From Geosiphon pyriformis uo1 (taxonomy: Eukaryota > Fungi > Glomeromycota), in assembly GCA_016748015.1 (NCBI GenBank), contig JAAOMT010000128.1, positions 7,538 to 71,537 on the forward strand: a DNA stretch of 64,000 bases, in the 5' to 3' direction. Positions within the stretch are counted from its first letter, which is position 1, and each line of letters starts with the position of its first letter. The notes beneath the pieces are model-generated. The model was not told the origin of the DNA. It saw nothing but the letters and a program-made list of their open reading frames with translations, and did not search any database. Of the stretch, positions 13,331 to 27,330 are shown piece after piece. The translations under genes and the position numbers were made by a program.

Positions 13331-16300
13331 ATAGTTTGGTCTAAAAATGTGTTACGTGCAATGTTCGGAGTATCAATGTTTCTATGAAGCAAGCAGATGT
13401 TGTTTGTTGGCATGTGAACTCAGGAAACATGGTTTTTTTTATCACTAAGACAAAGTTGAGGTCCTCTTCTGGGTCATGGGTAAAAGATAAATTTAATGGA
13501 GTGCAAATCTTTTCTTCGGGATTGGATAAAGGTTTTATGGGTGCTGGAGTTGCAATTATTATAAACGTTTCTTTGGCTCATCATGTATCTAAGGTGGAAG
13601 AGATTTCTGGTCAAGTTGTTTTTGTTTGGCTCTTGTTTAAGGGCGAGCTCTCAGTTACTGTTTTGGGGTTGTATGCTGATGCCTCTTCTGGGGCTAGGTT
13701 TGGTCAGGCTTCTGAAGTTAACTCTCTCATTGCAAAGACTGTCAACTCCAGCAATTTTGTTATCTTGGATGGGGACTTTAATGAGAATGAATCTGGTAAA
13801 AGTGCTAGTTTCAAGTTTTGTTTGAGTTTGGGTTTGGTCAATTCATTCGTTGGTCATTATTTGGCTGATTCTCATACATGGAGCAATTTGAGAGGGATTG
13901 GGAAAACAATTGATTACATTTTTGTTAGTGGTAATTTGTCTTCTGCTGTTGCTAGTCATCAAGTTGTCTCTGTTTCAGATTTTTTTAACACCAATCACAG
14001 GGCAGTTGTGGTTTCGGTCAGTTTGGGTGGACTTCTGGATGTACAATTGAATAGTTTGCGCAAACAGGCGAATAAAGATCGTTAGAAGTTTAAAATCAAG
14101 AATGCTGACTGTGCTGGATGGGCTAAGTTTAAGGATCTCTGTTTGGCAAAACTCTTGTCTTTGGGTGAGGTGTTCTCTGGTGCTGAAATGCGTGGTGATG
14201 TAAATGCTATGTGGGCAGTTTTGGTGAGGACTGTGGTAGATTCTGCTAATGCGACATTTTCGAGGCATTGGTTTAGTGAATTCGAGTGTTTAAGAAACAA
14301 ACATTCTTCTAGGTTTTTTGGTCTGGAATTGTTGGTGGCCTAGATTGTCAAAAAATTTTGCTCAGGTAACTTGCTAGGTACTAATTGTCTTGTGAGTAAA
14401 TGGTCAACTCTGGATAATGCAAAGGTTCATGCTTTTAAGGACTTGGTTGGCTTGAGAGTTAAATCTGATATTGTTATTAGGCATTTGTCATTGGTTCGCA
14501 GAAATTATAGGAGGTTGAAGATATTTGAGTCGAGATTGGCTGAGGAAGCTTCGGTTAGGAAGGCAATTGAAAAGCACATAGATAATTTCTATTCGGATAA
14601 GGATAGTATGATCAGGAGTGTATTGGAGAAGCCTTTTCACAAGGTGGTATTGGATCACTTAATAGTTGATGATAATCTGGTTTTATTGCCTGAAGAGGTA
14701 AAGTTGAGTGTGGATAAGATAATGGAAGGGTGGACAAGAAAATGCTCTGTGCAGTCAGTGCTTCCTGATCTTTGGGCCTGTTAGTATGCACCTTTGGACC
14801 ATGTTTAGGATGATGCCTTTTCGGGTGTTATGAGTGCAACCAGTATGGGCGAGTTACTTTCTGTTGTTGGTGGTCTGCCTGATGGCAAGGCTGCTGGTTT
14901 GTCTGGTATTCTTAATGAGTTGTGGAAACATGGTAGTGAGGTGGTTTTGGGGTGCCTGTTGGCACTGTTTAATAAGTGTTTGTCTGTTGGTGTGGTGCCT
15001 GTTTTGTGGAAAAAGGCTTGGGTGTCAATGATTCCTAAGTCTTATGACTGGGATGGGGTTCTTACAAACACTTGGCCCATTGCTTTGATTGAAACTGCCA
15101 GGAAGATTCTTTTTAAGGTTCTGTCTAATCATATTTCAATGGCTTGTAGCAAGTTCAATGTTCTTCGAGGTGACAATTTTTCAGTGCTAAAGGATATGTT
15201 CACACAATCTCCAGTGTTTGCTGTCAGTTCGGTAATTGAGGATGCCATTGAGAAGGATAGGGAGTTATGATTGGTTTTGCAAGATATGCGGAAAGCTTAC
15301 AATTCAATTGGGTGGCATCATTTAAGGGCTAGTTTGCAACATTTCAAGATGTGTGAGAGGTTCATAAGGTTTTTTGGTGGTATTCATGAGGATAGAGTTA
15401 ATAAGATAATGACTGACTTTGGTTTGTCTGGTGGTTATAAGGTGCATGATGGGCTGGATCAGAGTGAGGTTTTTTCGCCACTTCTATAGAGAATTTTTTA
15501 CGATCCACTTTTGTGTGAGGTTAAGAGGCACGAACAATTGTGTGGATACCAGATTAATATTAAGTTTGTTTCAAAGTCTGGCAGAATTGAGAGCAGTGGT
15601 GATTTGACATCATATTTTTTGGCTGGTGCATTTGTTGATGATATGATCTGGGTTGGGAATTGTCAGGCTTCTACTCAATATGCTCTGAACATTGCCAGTG
15701 AATTTTTTGTGATCAATGATATTTCTATCAACAGTGAGAAGATGGTAGCTATTCCCATCAATCAGGGTGTTAAAGTTGCTTTACTGAGCATTTGTGATCA
15801 GCCAATTTCTATTGCCAAAAAAGGGGAAGCACATCAGTATCTAGGTATTTTTCTGTCAACCAAGAGGCTCTCCAAGCCAAGTGTTGCCAAGGCTCATGCG
15901 AACGTGCGTTTTTTCATCAATGTTGTGCTTAGGAAAGCTATTATAGACAAACAGTTCTCCTATCTGGTGTCAGCTGTTTTGCAGTCTATTGTTAGCTATC
16001 GTATTCAGTTCAGTTTTGTCTCTTCTAATGTTTGTCGCAAGTGGGATGTCTTGATTAAAAAGAGTCTTAGATCTAAGGCTTGTCTCCCCCATGATTTTCC
16101 TGATGCTGCTTTGCATCATTCCTCATTACATGGCCTGAAGCCTTTTGAGCAGGTGCAGTTAGAGGGGAAGGTTGCTGTTCTGATAATGTTCTCTAATGCC
16201 TTTGGTATTCTTGGGCGTTTGTTTAGACATAGGTTTTTGGATCTGCAGATTCTTGATTGGGCTTCTTTGGATCCTTTGCAGTTTCCAGTTAGGTTGTGTG

Positions 16301-18012
16301 TTAGTCTAGTAAACAATTTTTTGGCTGGGATGGTGAAGATTTTGTTGGGCAATGAGCTTTCTTTGGTAAACAACCTCTCCACTGCATTTTGTAGTCCTGG
16401 TCATTTTCCGTTGTCTTCTATTCTTGGAAAGTCTTTGTATTTTGACTTGGTCAAATTTCTTAGACGCTTTGGTATCGCTTTTGGTGATTGGCTTTTTGAT
16501 AAAAAAGGTGTTTTGTTGGATTGGAAAACTTTTCGTCATTGGAAGAGACTGGATCCACATGGCCCTGTGTCTCATTGGTTCTTGGTTTCTTCTGAGTTTT
16601 TGAGAAGTCAAGGTTGTTCATTTTCTGGTTCTATTGGCTCTGCAAAAAAGCTTGGTTTGGACATTTTGAAGTCTGGGGAATTTTCTGCGGTAAAAGATGA
16701 ATTGCATGACATTTGGTCAGGCTTTTTTGAAGTTTTTACAGATGGGTCTTTGAGGAATGCAGACTCTGCTGAGGTTACCTGTGGTGCTGTTGCATACTTT
16801 CTGGTCTTGGATAAGAGCATTGGTATCGCTGTTAGTGACCTTTTGTTGTCTACTATAGCCAAATTGCAGGCTGTTGCTTTGGCTTTGGAGTGTGTTTCTT
16901 CTTTAAGTACTGTGGTGTTATATTTTGACAACTAGGCTGCTATTGACACATGTGTGTTTGAGATGTCTTTGGTTGCCCCTGATTTCCGTAATTAATGCTG
17001 GCTGGAAAGGCGTCATATTTTCAATTTGGTCAGGGATAAGGATCTTAGTGTGAGTTGGGTTAAGGTAAAAGACCACTCTGGGATTTATGGTAATGTAGAA
17101 GCTAACTTGGCTGCTGGGGCTGCCTCTGGATCTCCCTTTTTTCTTTGTGCCAATGTGCGTGAACATTTTTTGGTTGCTGAGGATGTTGCTATTTCTGGTA
17201 ATACCCATCATTTTGTCAGAAATATTTTTCGGTTTGTTTGTTGTGCTCATTGGAAAGCTGGGCCTGGTTGTAACGTGGTTCCGGATGTGATAATTGGTTG
17301 CATAGACTGGGTTGTCACAGCTAAGATGTGGCATTTTGATTCTCATATGCTCACTGAGTTCACTAGCCGGGTATCTTCAACACTTCACACTTATATTATA
17401 AAAGCTGTGCACAGAAGATTGTCAGTGGTAGTAAGGAAAAGGTTGTATAATAAGCATTACCCTAGTGTATTATGTTTGTTTTGCGATGGGGTGGAGTTCT
17501 CTGACCATGCTTTTACTTGTGTTTATGAGTCTAGCATTTGTGGCGAGATTTTGGCTGAGACTTCTGCCTGTTGGTCAGCTTTGGCTGACGGTTCCTCTGC
17601 TTCTGCCATGTTGTGGGTTTTGTTTCAATGTTCCTTTGATGTTGAGTTGTACACTTTGGTTTGCAAAGAGTTTGTGCTGGGGGAGTGGTATGAGGAAGCT
17701 TGCAGTATTTTTGAGGATAGGAAGGTGGCAGCTACTCAGATTGTTAATTATGTTAGGTTCATAGTTGAGTTACATTGTGCTAAAACATGGTTGGCTAGGG
17801 CCAGCCACCGGGTGGTGATAGAGAAAGCTGGTCTGATTTGTGACAGTGGTGTTGTTTCTGGGCTCTCTCGCAGTGTGTCTTCAGTTTTGTCTGATGATGT
17901 TGTAAGATTGCTTGGTGTGGCCAATTTTTTTGCTGTTAGCTTTGGTCATCGGAAGTCTTATTGTTTCTTTTCTGGTCTGAGTGGCAGTGTGCGGGTTGTT
18001 ATAGGTGTGTAG
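13327..18012 (+). pseudogene. LINE ORF2 (APE endonuclease, RT, RNase H, CCHC), about 1560 codons in one frame with about 9 internal stops
   Basis: ORF pieces at 13384, 14143, 14371, 14830, 15271, 15511 and 17026 share one frame; ATG overlaps the ORF1 stop (ATGA at 13327-13330). Confidence 0.9.
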
Positions 18013-18154
18013 TGTTGCTTTGTTTGGCCTGAGTGGCTAGCCACATGTAAAAAGTGCGTGAATTGCATTTAGTTTGAGCCTCTTAGTTTGGCTCTATGTA
18101 CTAGATAGTGATTGGACTACACTCATTAAATATGTTAAATAAAATAAAATAATA

Positions 18155-19600
18155 TTTTATTATATATATTAATATATTATTATTTAAACATAAATAAAAA
18201 TAAAATTTATAATTAAAACCAATAATATAAATATTACATTATTTAATAATTTAATAAAAAAATTATATTAAAAATATAGTATTATTATTTATCAGATTAT
18301 TTTTTTTTATAAATATTTTAAATTTAGATTCTATATAGTTAAATCTTATTTCTATGTTCTATAATAATTTTTTAGATAAAACTTATTAATAAACTATTCA
18401 TCTTTTTAGTATTGTTAAAAACTAAAATATTTTTACTAAAATATTTTTTTAAAACCATGTTTTTACAAATAAATATGTAAAAACTATTATTAAATACACT
18501 AAAAATTAATATTTATAATATTAATAATATCAAAACACAATAATTAGCCAAAAGTTTTTAACAATTAATAAGTTTTAAAATTATTTTTTAACAAATATTA
18601 ATATTTTTTAAATATATAAAAACATGATTTAAAAATTTTATCTTAGTACAATATAAATATTAAACATTTAAATAATATTTATTATAAATTTACTTTTTAA
18701 TTACTATTAGTAATTTTATATAAACAGCTTTTATTAAATAAGTTTACAAATCAATCAAAAATTTACTTATAAAACTAAAAAAAATATGTGAATTAAAATG
18801 TTATATTATTATTATATACTTTTAATTTATATTTTAAACAAATAAATTAGTTATTACTTTTAAATTAGATTCTAATTTTATTAAATATCATATATAATAT
18901 TTTTAAAAACAACAAATTTATTTGCCAAAAAATATTATTTGTAAATAAAAACAAAAAAATACATAAATAAAAAATTATTATACTTATAAGTTTATTTATA
19001 TTTATATTTTTTATAATTTTAAAATATCTTTTAACTTTAAATCAAATTGCCAAAATATTTTTATTATATAATAAATTTACTATGTACTGTTTTTTAATCT
19101 AATAATTATTATAAAAATTAAGTATTAATAAGTAAAATTTAACATTATTAATATCTAAAACTATTTAATCATTTAAAAAAACTTTTATTATATTAAACAT
19201 TAAAACATACTTTAAAGTTAAAATTATAGTTTACAATTTAATTAGAGTTAAAAACAACAAGTTCTAAATTTTAACACTAATTTTTAAATTTAAATTAACA
19301 AAATTAGTTGTCATATTACAAACAATTTTCAATAAACCCAAATTTTTTAATAAGTTATTTGTAAATACTTTAATAATATTCAAATTTGTTACTAATAATT
19401 TTTTTTGTATATCTTTAAAATTACTTAAATTACAAATATTTTATTAATAAAATTTAGAAATTGCATTAAAAAAAACAGTATTTAAAATAATTCTGCATAT
19501 ATAATTAATTATTAATATAAACCAAAATAATATAAAGCTTTTTGAATTTAATTTTTTTTATTAATAAAAAGTTTTTCAGTTTAAAATAATGTTTTTTTTT
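18155..19600. repeat. AT-rich desert, probably decayed TE
   Basis: Very low GC, no CpG, no credible ORF; lies between two LINEs. Confidence 0.5.
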
Positions 19601-22406
19601 ATCTAAAAATAAAGTTTTTTGTCTCTGTCTTTTTAGTTATATCAATCTTAATATTTTTCAAGTTAATAATCTTTTTGTAGTGAACTTAGAAACTGCTTTA
19701 AGTGGCAATATGTTAAAAAAAAAATGGTCAAAAAAGCACTTTATGATTCTGTTAAGAGTACTTTTTCTTAAAAAAAGTTTTTGTGGATAATATTAAACAC
19801 TTTAGTAATAAAAAAAATTTTTTTTGGTCAAATTTGATCTTAGTAGTAATGTATATTCGAATATAAATAGTAAATTCAATAACAATAAAATTGGTAATAT
19901 GTTTTTAAATACTGGTAGTGGTTTTTTTTTTGGCTTAACTACAATAACTTTTAATGCTAAAAAAATTAATACCAGCTTGGATTGTGATTCTTTTATTAGT
20001 ATAATTAACTATAAAATAAATGAGAATAAGAGATTTTTTTTTTCTTTTATTAATATCTCTCTTGACAAAAGATGGATTGACTCTAAAATTGTAAAAACTC
20101 AAGTTAAAATAACTGTTAAAAAAATTTTTGTATTAAATATTAATTTTTTAATGGTGAAAAGCAAATTTGCAATAGCAAAAATTCAGTTTATTAAAAAAAA
20201 TTTTTCATTAATCAGCAGTTTTAAAAAAGCTATTATTTTCTTAAAATTTGAAAAGATTATTAAATTAACATTTACATTAAAAAAAACATGAAAAAGACCA
20301 TATTATTGGTTAAAAAAAGAGCATTATTATAAACAATAATTTCAAAAAACATAAATTTCATTTAAATTGAGCTATAGTAATCAAAAAAATTCTTATAAAT
20401 ATATTAAAAAAATATTTATTGTAGCTTTTTCTGAGTTTGGTTAAGTAGTGTTAATTCAATTATAACTAATTAAACTATAGTAAAAGACTATAGTAAAATT
20501 TGCCAAATTGGCTTAAGCAGATTAGTTGACAGTTAACTGGTTATTTCTAATCAGAAAAAACTTAGTGTATATAACAAAAACTATAAAAGATCATGATATT
20601 TAGATGTCAAAGAATTAATTCAAAATGCTTTTGTTTACTTTTTTTATGAAAATAATTGCTCATAATCTTGGTACTTTATTTAAAAAAGCTGGTAAAAAAA
20701 CTTGTGTTATTAATTAATTATTTAAAACCAGTAATAGAATTTACTGTACTATAGTTAGCTTTAAATTAAAAAAAAATTGGAGTTAATCTTTTACACAAAA
20801 CCAATTTTGAGTGGTACTAAGTTTTTGTGGATTAGGTTGGATTTGGTTTAATATAAAAAATGTAAATATTTTGAACATTTAGCTTAAAATGTAATGTATT
20901 GAATATTTTTGTCTTACTATTTTTGAAAACTTATAAAAAAATTTGTATTAAATAAAAGTTATCTTCAATTGGTCAGATTATATGTTAAAAAAAGTATTTT
21001 TATTTTACATTTTGCTGTTTTTAATAGCAAATCATAAACATAAGTGGTTTTTCTTACTGTTTTTTTTAATAATACTCATTTTGGTTTTGGTTTTGATTTT
21101 GGTTTTGGTTTTGGTTTACTCTTTTTTGGTACTTTATGTATTAATAAAAGTCTTTTTGTTATCTAAGATGTTTTATTTATTAATGTTTATTTGGTTTTAT
21201 TAGAATGCTCTTTAAAACTTTTGGCTGATCAAGTATTTAATATTGTACAAAAACTAAGCAATATAAATTTAGTATCTTTAGTATCTGTTTTTCAATTTAT
21301 CTCTCCAGCTGTTTTGGTGGTATTAAATTTAGAGTCAAACTTGAACATAATTTTGGATAATCCACTAGTATTGCTTCTTTTTTTTATTCAATTATAGAAG
21401 ATAAAACTTTAAATTTAGGTTAAAATAACTCAAAAATTTTAACCATTAAAGTAGATAACTTAAAATCAAAAATAAATGCTCTAAAGATCTTTGTAGATTT
21501 AGTTTTAAAGAGATTAAATCAGTTGTATACTGGCTTGGATTTTTTGGTGCATATTTTGTCTTAATAAGTAAATTTGTTTAAAAGATTACTAGATATAATA
21601 TTAAAAATATAAACAATTTGGTTAAACAGGAGAATATTATTAGATAATATAAAGAATCTGGCAATTTGGTCTTTTTTCTAACTAAAACAAAACTAAAAAG
21701 ACAATACAAATCATAAATAAAGACAAATTTTCTGGTTTAAAGATTTTTATAACTGGTTTAAATTTTGGTTATCTAGATTCTAGTATAGTAATAATAATAG
21801 ATAATATATTTGTTTATTATGTTTATAAAGTTTTTAAAATCTAAGATTATCTGTTTTTAATTTGTTTGTTATTCAACAATAAAATTTTGGTAATGGTTTT
21901 AGACTTTTATATTAGTGTATTAACTAGTGTGCAATTTAATTTAACTTCTAAAATAAACTTTTGTGTTGTCAAGGCAGTTAATTTAAGTTTTTATGTAATA
22001 TTAAAAGATAATTTCAATAAAAATAATATAAAAAAAAATGTGAATTTTGGATTTGGGTTTGCACAATTCTCTATTAAATGACTCAATTACTAAGCTTTCA
22101 ATATAGAGTAATTCAAAAAGTATAAAAAAACTATTAATTATGTTTTTATTAATAAATATCTTTTGACAGTTATAATCAAATATAAAGTTAGTAATATGTC
22201 CATCTTTTTTAATACTAATCATTTGGCTGTTGTGGTTTCTATTGGCTTAGATGGTTTTTTGAACAAATATTTAAATACAGTTTAAAAACATATAAATAAA
22301 GATCAATAAAAGTTTGGTCTTAAAAATACTAATGACTTAAAATAAACCCAATTTAAAAAATGCTTTTCAAAAAAGATGTCTTGTATGCTTACTAAGTTTT
22401 AAAATA

Positions 22407-24686
22407 GATACTATGCTTTTTGTTTCTTTAATTTTATAATTACAATTAGAACAAAAAGTAAAAAAGCTATATCTGATATCTTTTTTAAGATATCTAATAG
22501 AGTTTTAACTAAAAAAGTTTATTCTATTATAGAAGCTGCTAAACAAAATATTTTGGAAGCTTTTTCCTTAAATATTAGTAGTAAAAGACTGTTTTTGGTA
22601 ATTACTAAAGCATTTTTTTATCTTTGGCTGGTTTTTTTCCAGTTAAAGTTTTTTTAAAAAAACATACTTAAATTAGTCTTAATGTTGTCTTTACTTTTAC
22701 CAAGAACCCAAAAACTTTTAATAGCAGACCAGTTCACAAGCTGGTTTTTTTTTATAGTTTCTATACTTGGTATTATTAACACCACTTTTTAAAAAAAAAT
22801 AATTAAAAAGACTAATAATTTAAAAAGATAAAAGCAATTGCTTGTCTCTGTTATTATTATATCAAACTTTTTTGTGGTTTCTGATAAGATCTTAGATGAG
22901 ATTTCTGTTTTATTATTTAGCATGTTATCTAAAATAAACTAAGATCAACTACTGACTGTATTGCCAAATATAGTGTCTTTTAGTAAATTTTACTGGTTAT
23001 AAAAGCAAAGCAACTATTTCTTATAAAGTCTTCTGTTCTTGAAAACTGGGCTAATTAGATAAAAACTGATTTATTTTTTTTGCTGGTTTCTGGTACTGCT
23101 GTTGGTAGTGTTTGGAAAATTATTATTAGTTATTAAAAGTTTTTTGAATGAATAATCTTTACTCTAGTGTTTAATGCTACTTTTAAAATTAAATTGGCTT
23201 ATTTTAAAATTGTTTTTTAGTTTGTACATGGTTTTTTGAGTGCAAAGTTTGTGTTAAAAGACAATATAAAACTTTTTTGTATAAAGTTTGTTTCTCAAGT
23301 ATTTTTAAAAGCTGTCTTTTTAGTGAAGCTTATGAGCTCTGTTCATTTAATTATTCTTAAAATTGCCAAGTTTTTGGTGATTTCTGAGTCTGGTTTTTTT
23401 TTTGTTGTAATTGTATTGCATAATGTGTTTTTAAGTGTGTTAGCTGTTAACATTAAGACAGTTCTTAATGTTTGGTAATGTTGTTTATGTTGTGTTAAAG
23501 TCTACTGGTATTTGGCAATATATGGTTATTTACTTTAATAAACTAGACTCTATTGTGTCTGCTTTAAATTATTAATCAGTTTTAGTAGACAAAAATAGTA
23601 TTAAAATTCTTTTCTTGTTAAATTAAAATAAGACTATTTTGTTTTATAATAGATTTAAGGCAAGTTGGTCAACTTTTTTTTTGGTGTACTTTTTTTGAAA
23701 TTAGTAATATAATTTCTTAGGTTGGTAGTCAAACATGTTTTATTTTTTGTTTTCCTAATTTTGGTTGTTGTTTTTGGTTTGCTTTGGTTATGTTTAGATC
23801 TCAGATTGATTTAAATACTGTAGTTTTTAAGACTAACATACTAAAAAAGTGCTATATTTAATAGAAAACTCCTGGTTGTCAATGTTGTTTTAGATGTTAA
23901 AAAATGTGCCATCTGATAGTAAACTATAAAGTTTTTTGTTTTTTTCTTTTAAGGCTCTTAAGATGTTCAAATTACGTTTTGTAAGTAATATTTTCTATGC
24001 TAAGACCTCTGTTTCTTTGAATTTTCTTTGGTTTTCTCTTTTAGTGGCTTTTTGTTTCTTTTTCTGTAGTTGTTAGTGATTTTTTGATTTTTTCTTGGCT
24101 GGTATCTCTGAAATCTGATTTAGTTAAGTTGTTGGCTTTGGTCAGATTGATTGTTAAGTCTGTTAGTATATTGATTATTGTATTTAAATAATTTGTTAAA
24201 AATAATTTTGTATTAAGCAGTATTCTCAATCTTAAAGTTAATGAGATTTTAATACATATAGGTACTTTTAATAAAGCTATAAATAAACTAGAATGAGATA
24301 TAATTGCTTTAAAAAATGAATATAGTTATATAAATATTGACATATCTGGTTCTTATATAAGTTTATCTGCTATTAATAATAATATGTTTTCTAATTTATT
24401 GTCATTTTGAAAAAATAAACTGACTGATGTTAAATCTGATGTCTTTAAAACGGCTAATTAATTAATAGACTTAGTTTTTAATAGTGCTATATTATTTAAA
24501 GTTATTTAAAAATGTTTTTTTTGAGTAAGTTTTCTTTTAAAGCATTAATATAGTGTATTTTTAATTGGTCTAAGTAACTGGTTATATGTAGAAAAAGTGT
24601 AAATTGTATTTAGCTAAAACTTTTAGTTTTGGTTTTGTATATTAGATAGTAATTAGATTGTATTTATTAAACTTTAATAAAAAACA
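22407..24686 (+). mobile_element. ORF1-only non-autonomous retroposon (half-LINE), decayed copy nested in LINE ORF2
   Basis: Colinear with 59020-61296 from the 5' end to the tail (23236 KFVLKDNIKLFCIKFVSQV vs 59766 KSVLKDNMKLFCVKFASQV). LINE-type 3' tail at 24550-24680. Candidate TSD TTTAAAATA at 22398-22406 and 24687-24695; host ORF2 resumes after it. Confidence 0.8.
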
Positions 24687-27330
24687 TTTAAAATACAAAA
24701 AAATATAGTAATTTGGATACAATATGAAATTTTCTGAAAATAATAATAGTTGAATTAATAAATAAAGTTTTTTCCAAAATTTGGTTTAAGAATTTTGGTG
24801 ATTTTAAAAACAAACAGGTTTCTAGATTTTATAGACTAAAAGTTTTAATTTTAAAGATTGTTAAGATTTTTTTTTTGGAAATACTATCAAGTTTGATTAT
24901 CTTGAACAAATTTGGTTAAGATTAGAAGTTAATAATTCTATTATGATGTTTTCTCTAATTAAAGGTAGTACAAAAAATAAAAAGATTCTTTTTTATTTGT
25001 CAAAGATTAGAAAAAAGTATTAAGTATTTAAATATTAGAAATTTAAAGCTGTAAAAACAGCTGTGGTTAAGAATACAATTGATAAAAAAATGAAAAACTT
25101 TTGTATAAACAAAAATTATATAATTAGAAGTGTTCTAAAAAGACCTTTTTAAAAAGTAATTTTAGATTATTTAGTAGTTGGTAAAAAATTGATTTTGGAA
25201 TCTAAAATAATAAAAAACAAGATGGACAATATAATGAAAGATTAAACTAAAAGAAAACTTATATTTAAAATAATATTATTTTTTTGGTTTTAGTAATATA
25301 TGTCTTTGGATTATGTTGAGAATAAAACATTTTCTGAAATTATAAAACAAATTAGCTTAGATAAGTTGACTTAAACTATTAAGAACTTGTTTAATAGAAA
25401 TATCACTGGCTTGTTTGGTATTTTGAATGAGTTATAAAAACACTGTAATTTTGAAATTCTGAATTGTCTTTTGGTTTTATTGAATTATTATATAAATATT
25501 AATACAGTTTCTGCTTTATAAAAAAAAACTTGGGTTTTTATGATTTTAAAGTCTTATAAATATGATAGTGTTTTAATTAATACTAGACCAATAGTATTAA
25601 TAAAAATGGCCAAGAAAATTTTGTCAAAAATTATTTCAAACTGATTTTTTTTTGTGTACAATAAATTAAGTACTTTTTATAAAGATAATTTTTTAGTATT
25701 AAAAAATATATTAACTTGGTTTTTGATGTTTATAGTAAATTTAGTTGTTAAAAATGCTTTGAAAAAAAAATAAAAAATTGTGGTTAGTTTTATAGAATAT
25801 ATATAAGATATATAACTTAGTTAGCTAGCATTATTTGAAAAACAGCTTAATATGTATTAAAATATATAAATAATTTATTGGTTTTTTTGGCAGCATATAT
25901 TAAGACAAAATTAACAGAGTAATAACCAATTTTGGTTTTTTTGAAAGTTATTATGTGCACAATAGGTTGAATTAAAGTAAAGTTTTTTTGTTTTTTCTCT
26001 AAATAATCTTTTATGACTTTTTTGTGTAAAGTTAAAAGACATAAACATTTATGTTATTATTAGATTAATACAAGATTTGTAATCAAAACTGACAGAATAA
26101 AAATCACAAAGAAAAAAAATTTGTTTTTTATGGCTGAAGTTTTTTTTGATAATACTATTTAGATTAGAAATAGCTAGACTTTGATTTAATACATTTTGAA
26201 TATTGTTAGTGAGTTCTTTAAGATCAATAATATTTCAATTAATAATAATAAGACAGTAGCTATTTCTATCAACCAAAAGATTAAAAATGCTTTTTTGAAT
26301 ATCAATAGATGTCTTATATTAATTATAAAAAAGAGCAAATTATATTGTTACTTAGAAATTTTTTTTTTCACCAAAAATTTTTCTAAGCTTAGTTTGACCA
26401 AAGCTTATTCAAATATTAAATTTTTTGCAAATGTGATATTGAAGAAAACAATTTCTAATAAGCAGTTTTATTACTTGGTTTTTGCTGTCTTATAATTTAT
26501 AGTTAGTTATTATATACTGTTTAATTTTGTTTTAATTAATTATTTGCCATAAATAAAACATTTTAATTAAAAAAAATTTGAAATTAAAAGCCAAATTGCC
26601 TAAAAATTTTTTCAATGAAATATTGTATTATCTACTGCTATATAATTTAAAATTTTTTAAACAGTTGTAAGCTGAAGATAAGATGGCTTTAGTTGTTTTG
26701 TTTGTTAATTCTAAAAGAGTTTTTAGCTGTTTTTTTGATCACTGTTTTTTGGATTTGTAAGCTTTGAACTGAGCTTCAACTAATTTTTTACAGCATTCTG
26801 TCAGATTAAAAGTCAGTTTCATAAACAATTTTCTTGTCAAAGTAGTAAAACTTTTTCTGAATAATGAGATTTTATTATTAAAAAAGATGGATTCAAAAAG
26901 TTCTGTACTGTTTTGGTTTATTATAGCATCTGGTTTTTTGGATAAGTTAAATTTAATTATTAAGAATAAGACAAGTTTCTCAGTTATGATTTATAATGTC
27001 TTAAATTCAAATAATTTTGGGTTAATTAAGTATCTTTTATATGGAATTTGGGTGGATACATTTGATATATATACTGATAGCTTGCTTAAAAGGTTGAACT
27101 TGTTGGAGATAACTGGTAGAGCAATTGTTTACTTTTTAAATATGAATGTGAACATTGGTGTTAGAGTTTTTGGTATGGTGTTTTCTATAATAATAGAGCT
27201 GCAAACTGTTGTTTTGGTTTTAGAATGCAAAATTTAAAGATGGTTTAATTGAAAATTAAAGATCATTTGGGTGTTTTTGGTAATGTTTGTGTTAATAAAT
27301 TAGTTAAGGCTGCTATCTACTGAGATTGTA

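Larger units (their letters stand above)
11293..18143 (+). mobile_element. Full-length non-LTR retrotransposon (LINE), inactivated by stop codons
   Basis: ORF1 11378-13330: RRM-like domains and CAHCKLFGHIAINC knuckle. ORF2 13327-18012: APE (TCNVR, GDFN, IDYIF, TNH), RT (WPIAL, QDMRKAY, GLDQ..FSPLL, AFVDD, YLGI), RNase H (FTDGSL, VKDHSG..GN), C-terminal CLFC..EFSDHAF.C. Candidate TSD ATAAAATAATA at 11282-11292 and 18144-18154. Confidence 0.93.

Noticed and set aside
12524-17346. Antisense ORFs over the LINEs (also 51280-57172 on +)
   Set aside because: Shadow frames of ORF1/ORF2 with no domain signal and inconsistent boundaries between copies.
11378-18012. Alternative genetic code or stop readthrough to explain the in-frame stops
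   Set aside because: Stops are at different positions in the two copies, include all three stop codons, and host genes use the standard code.
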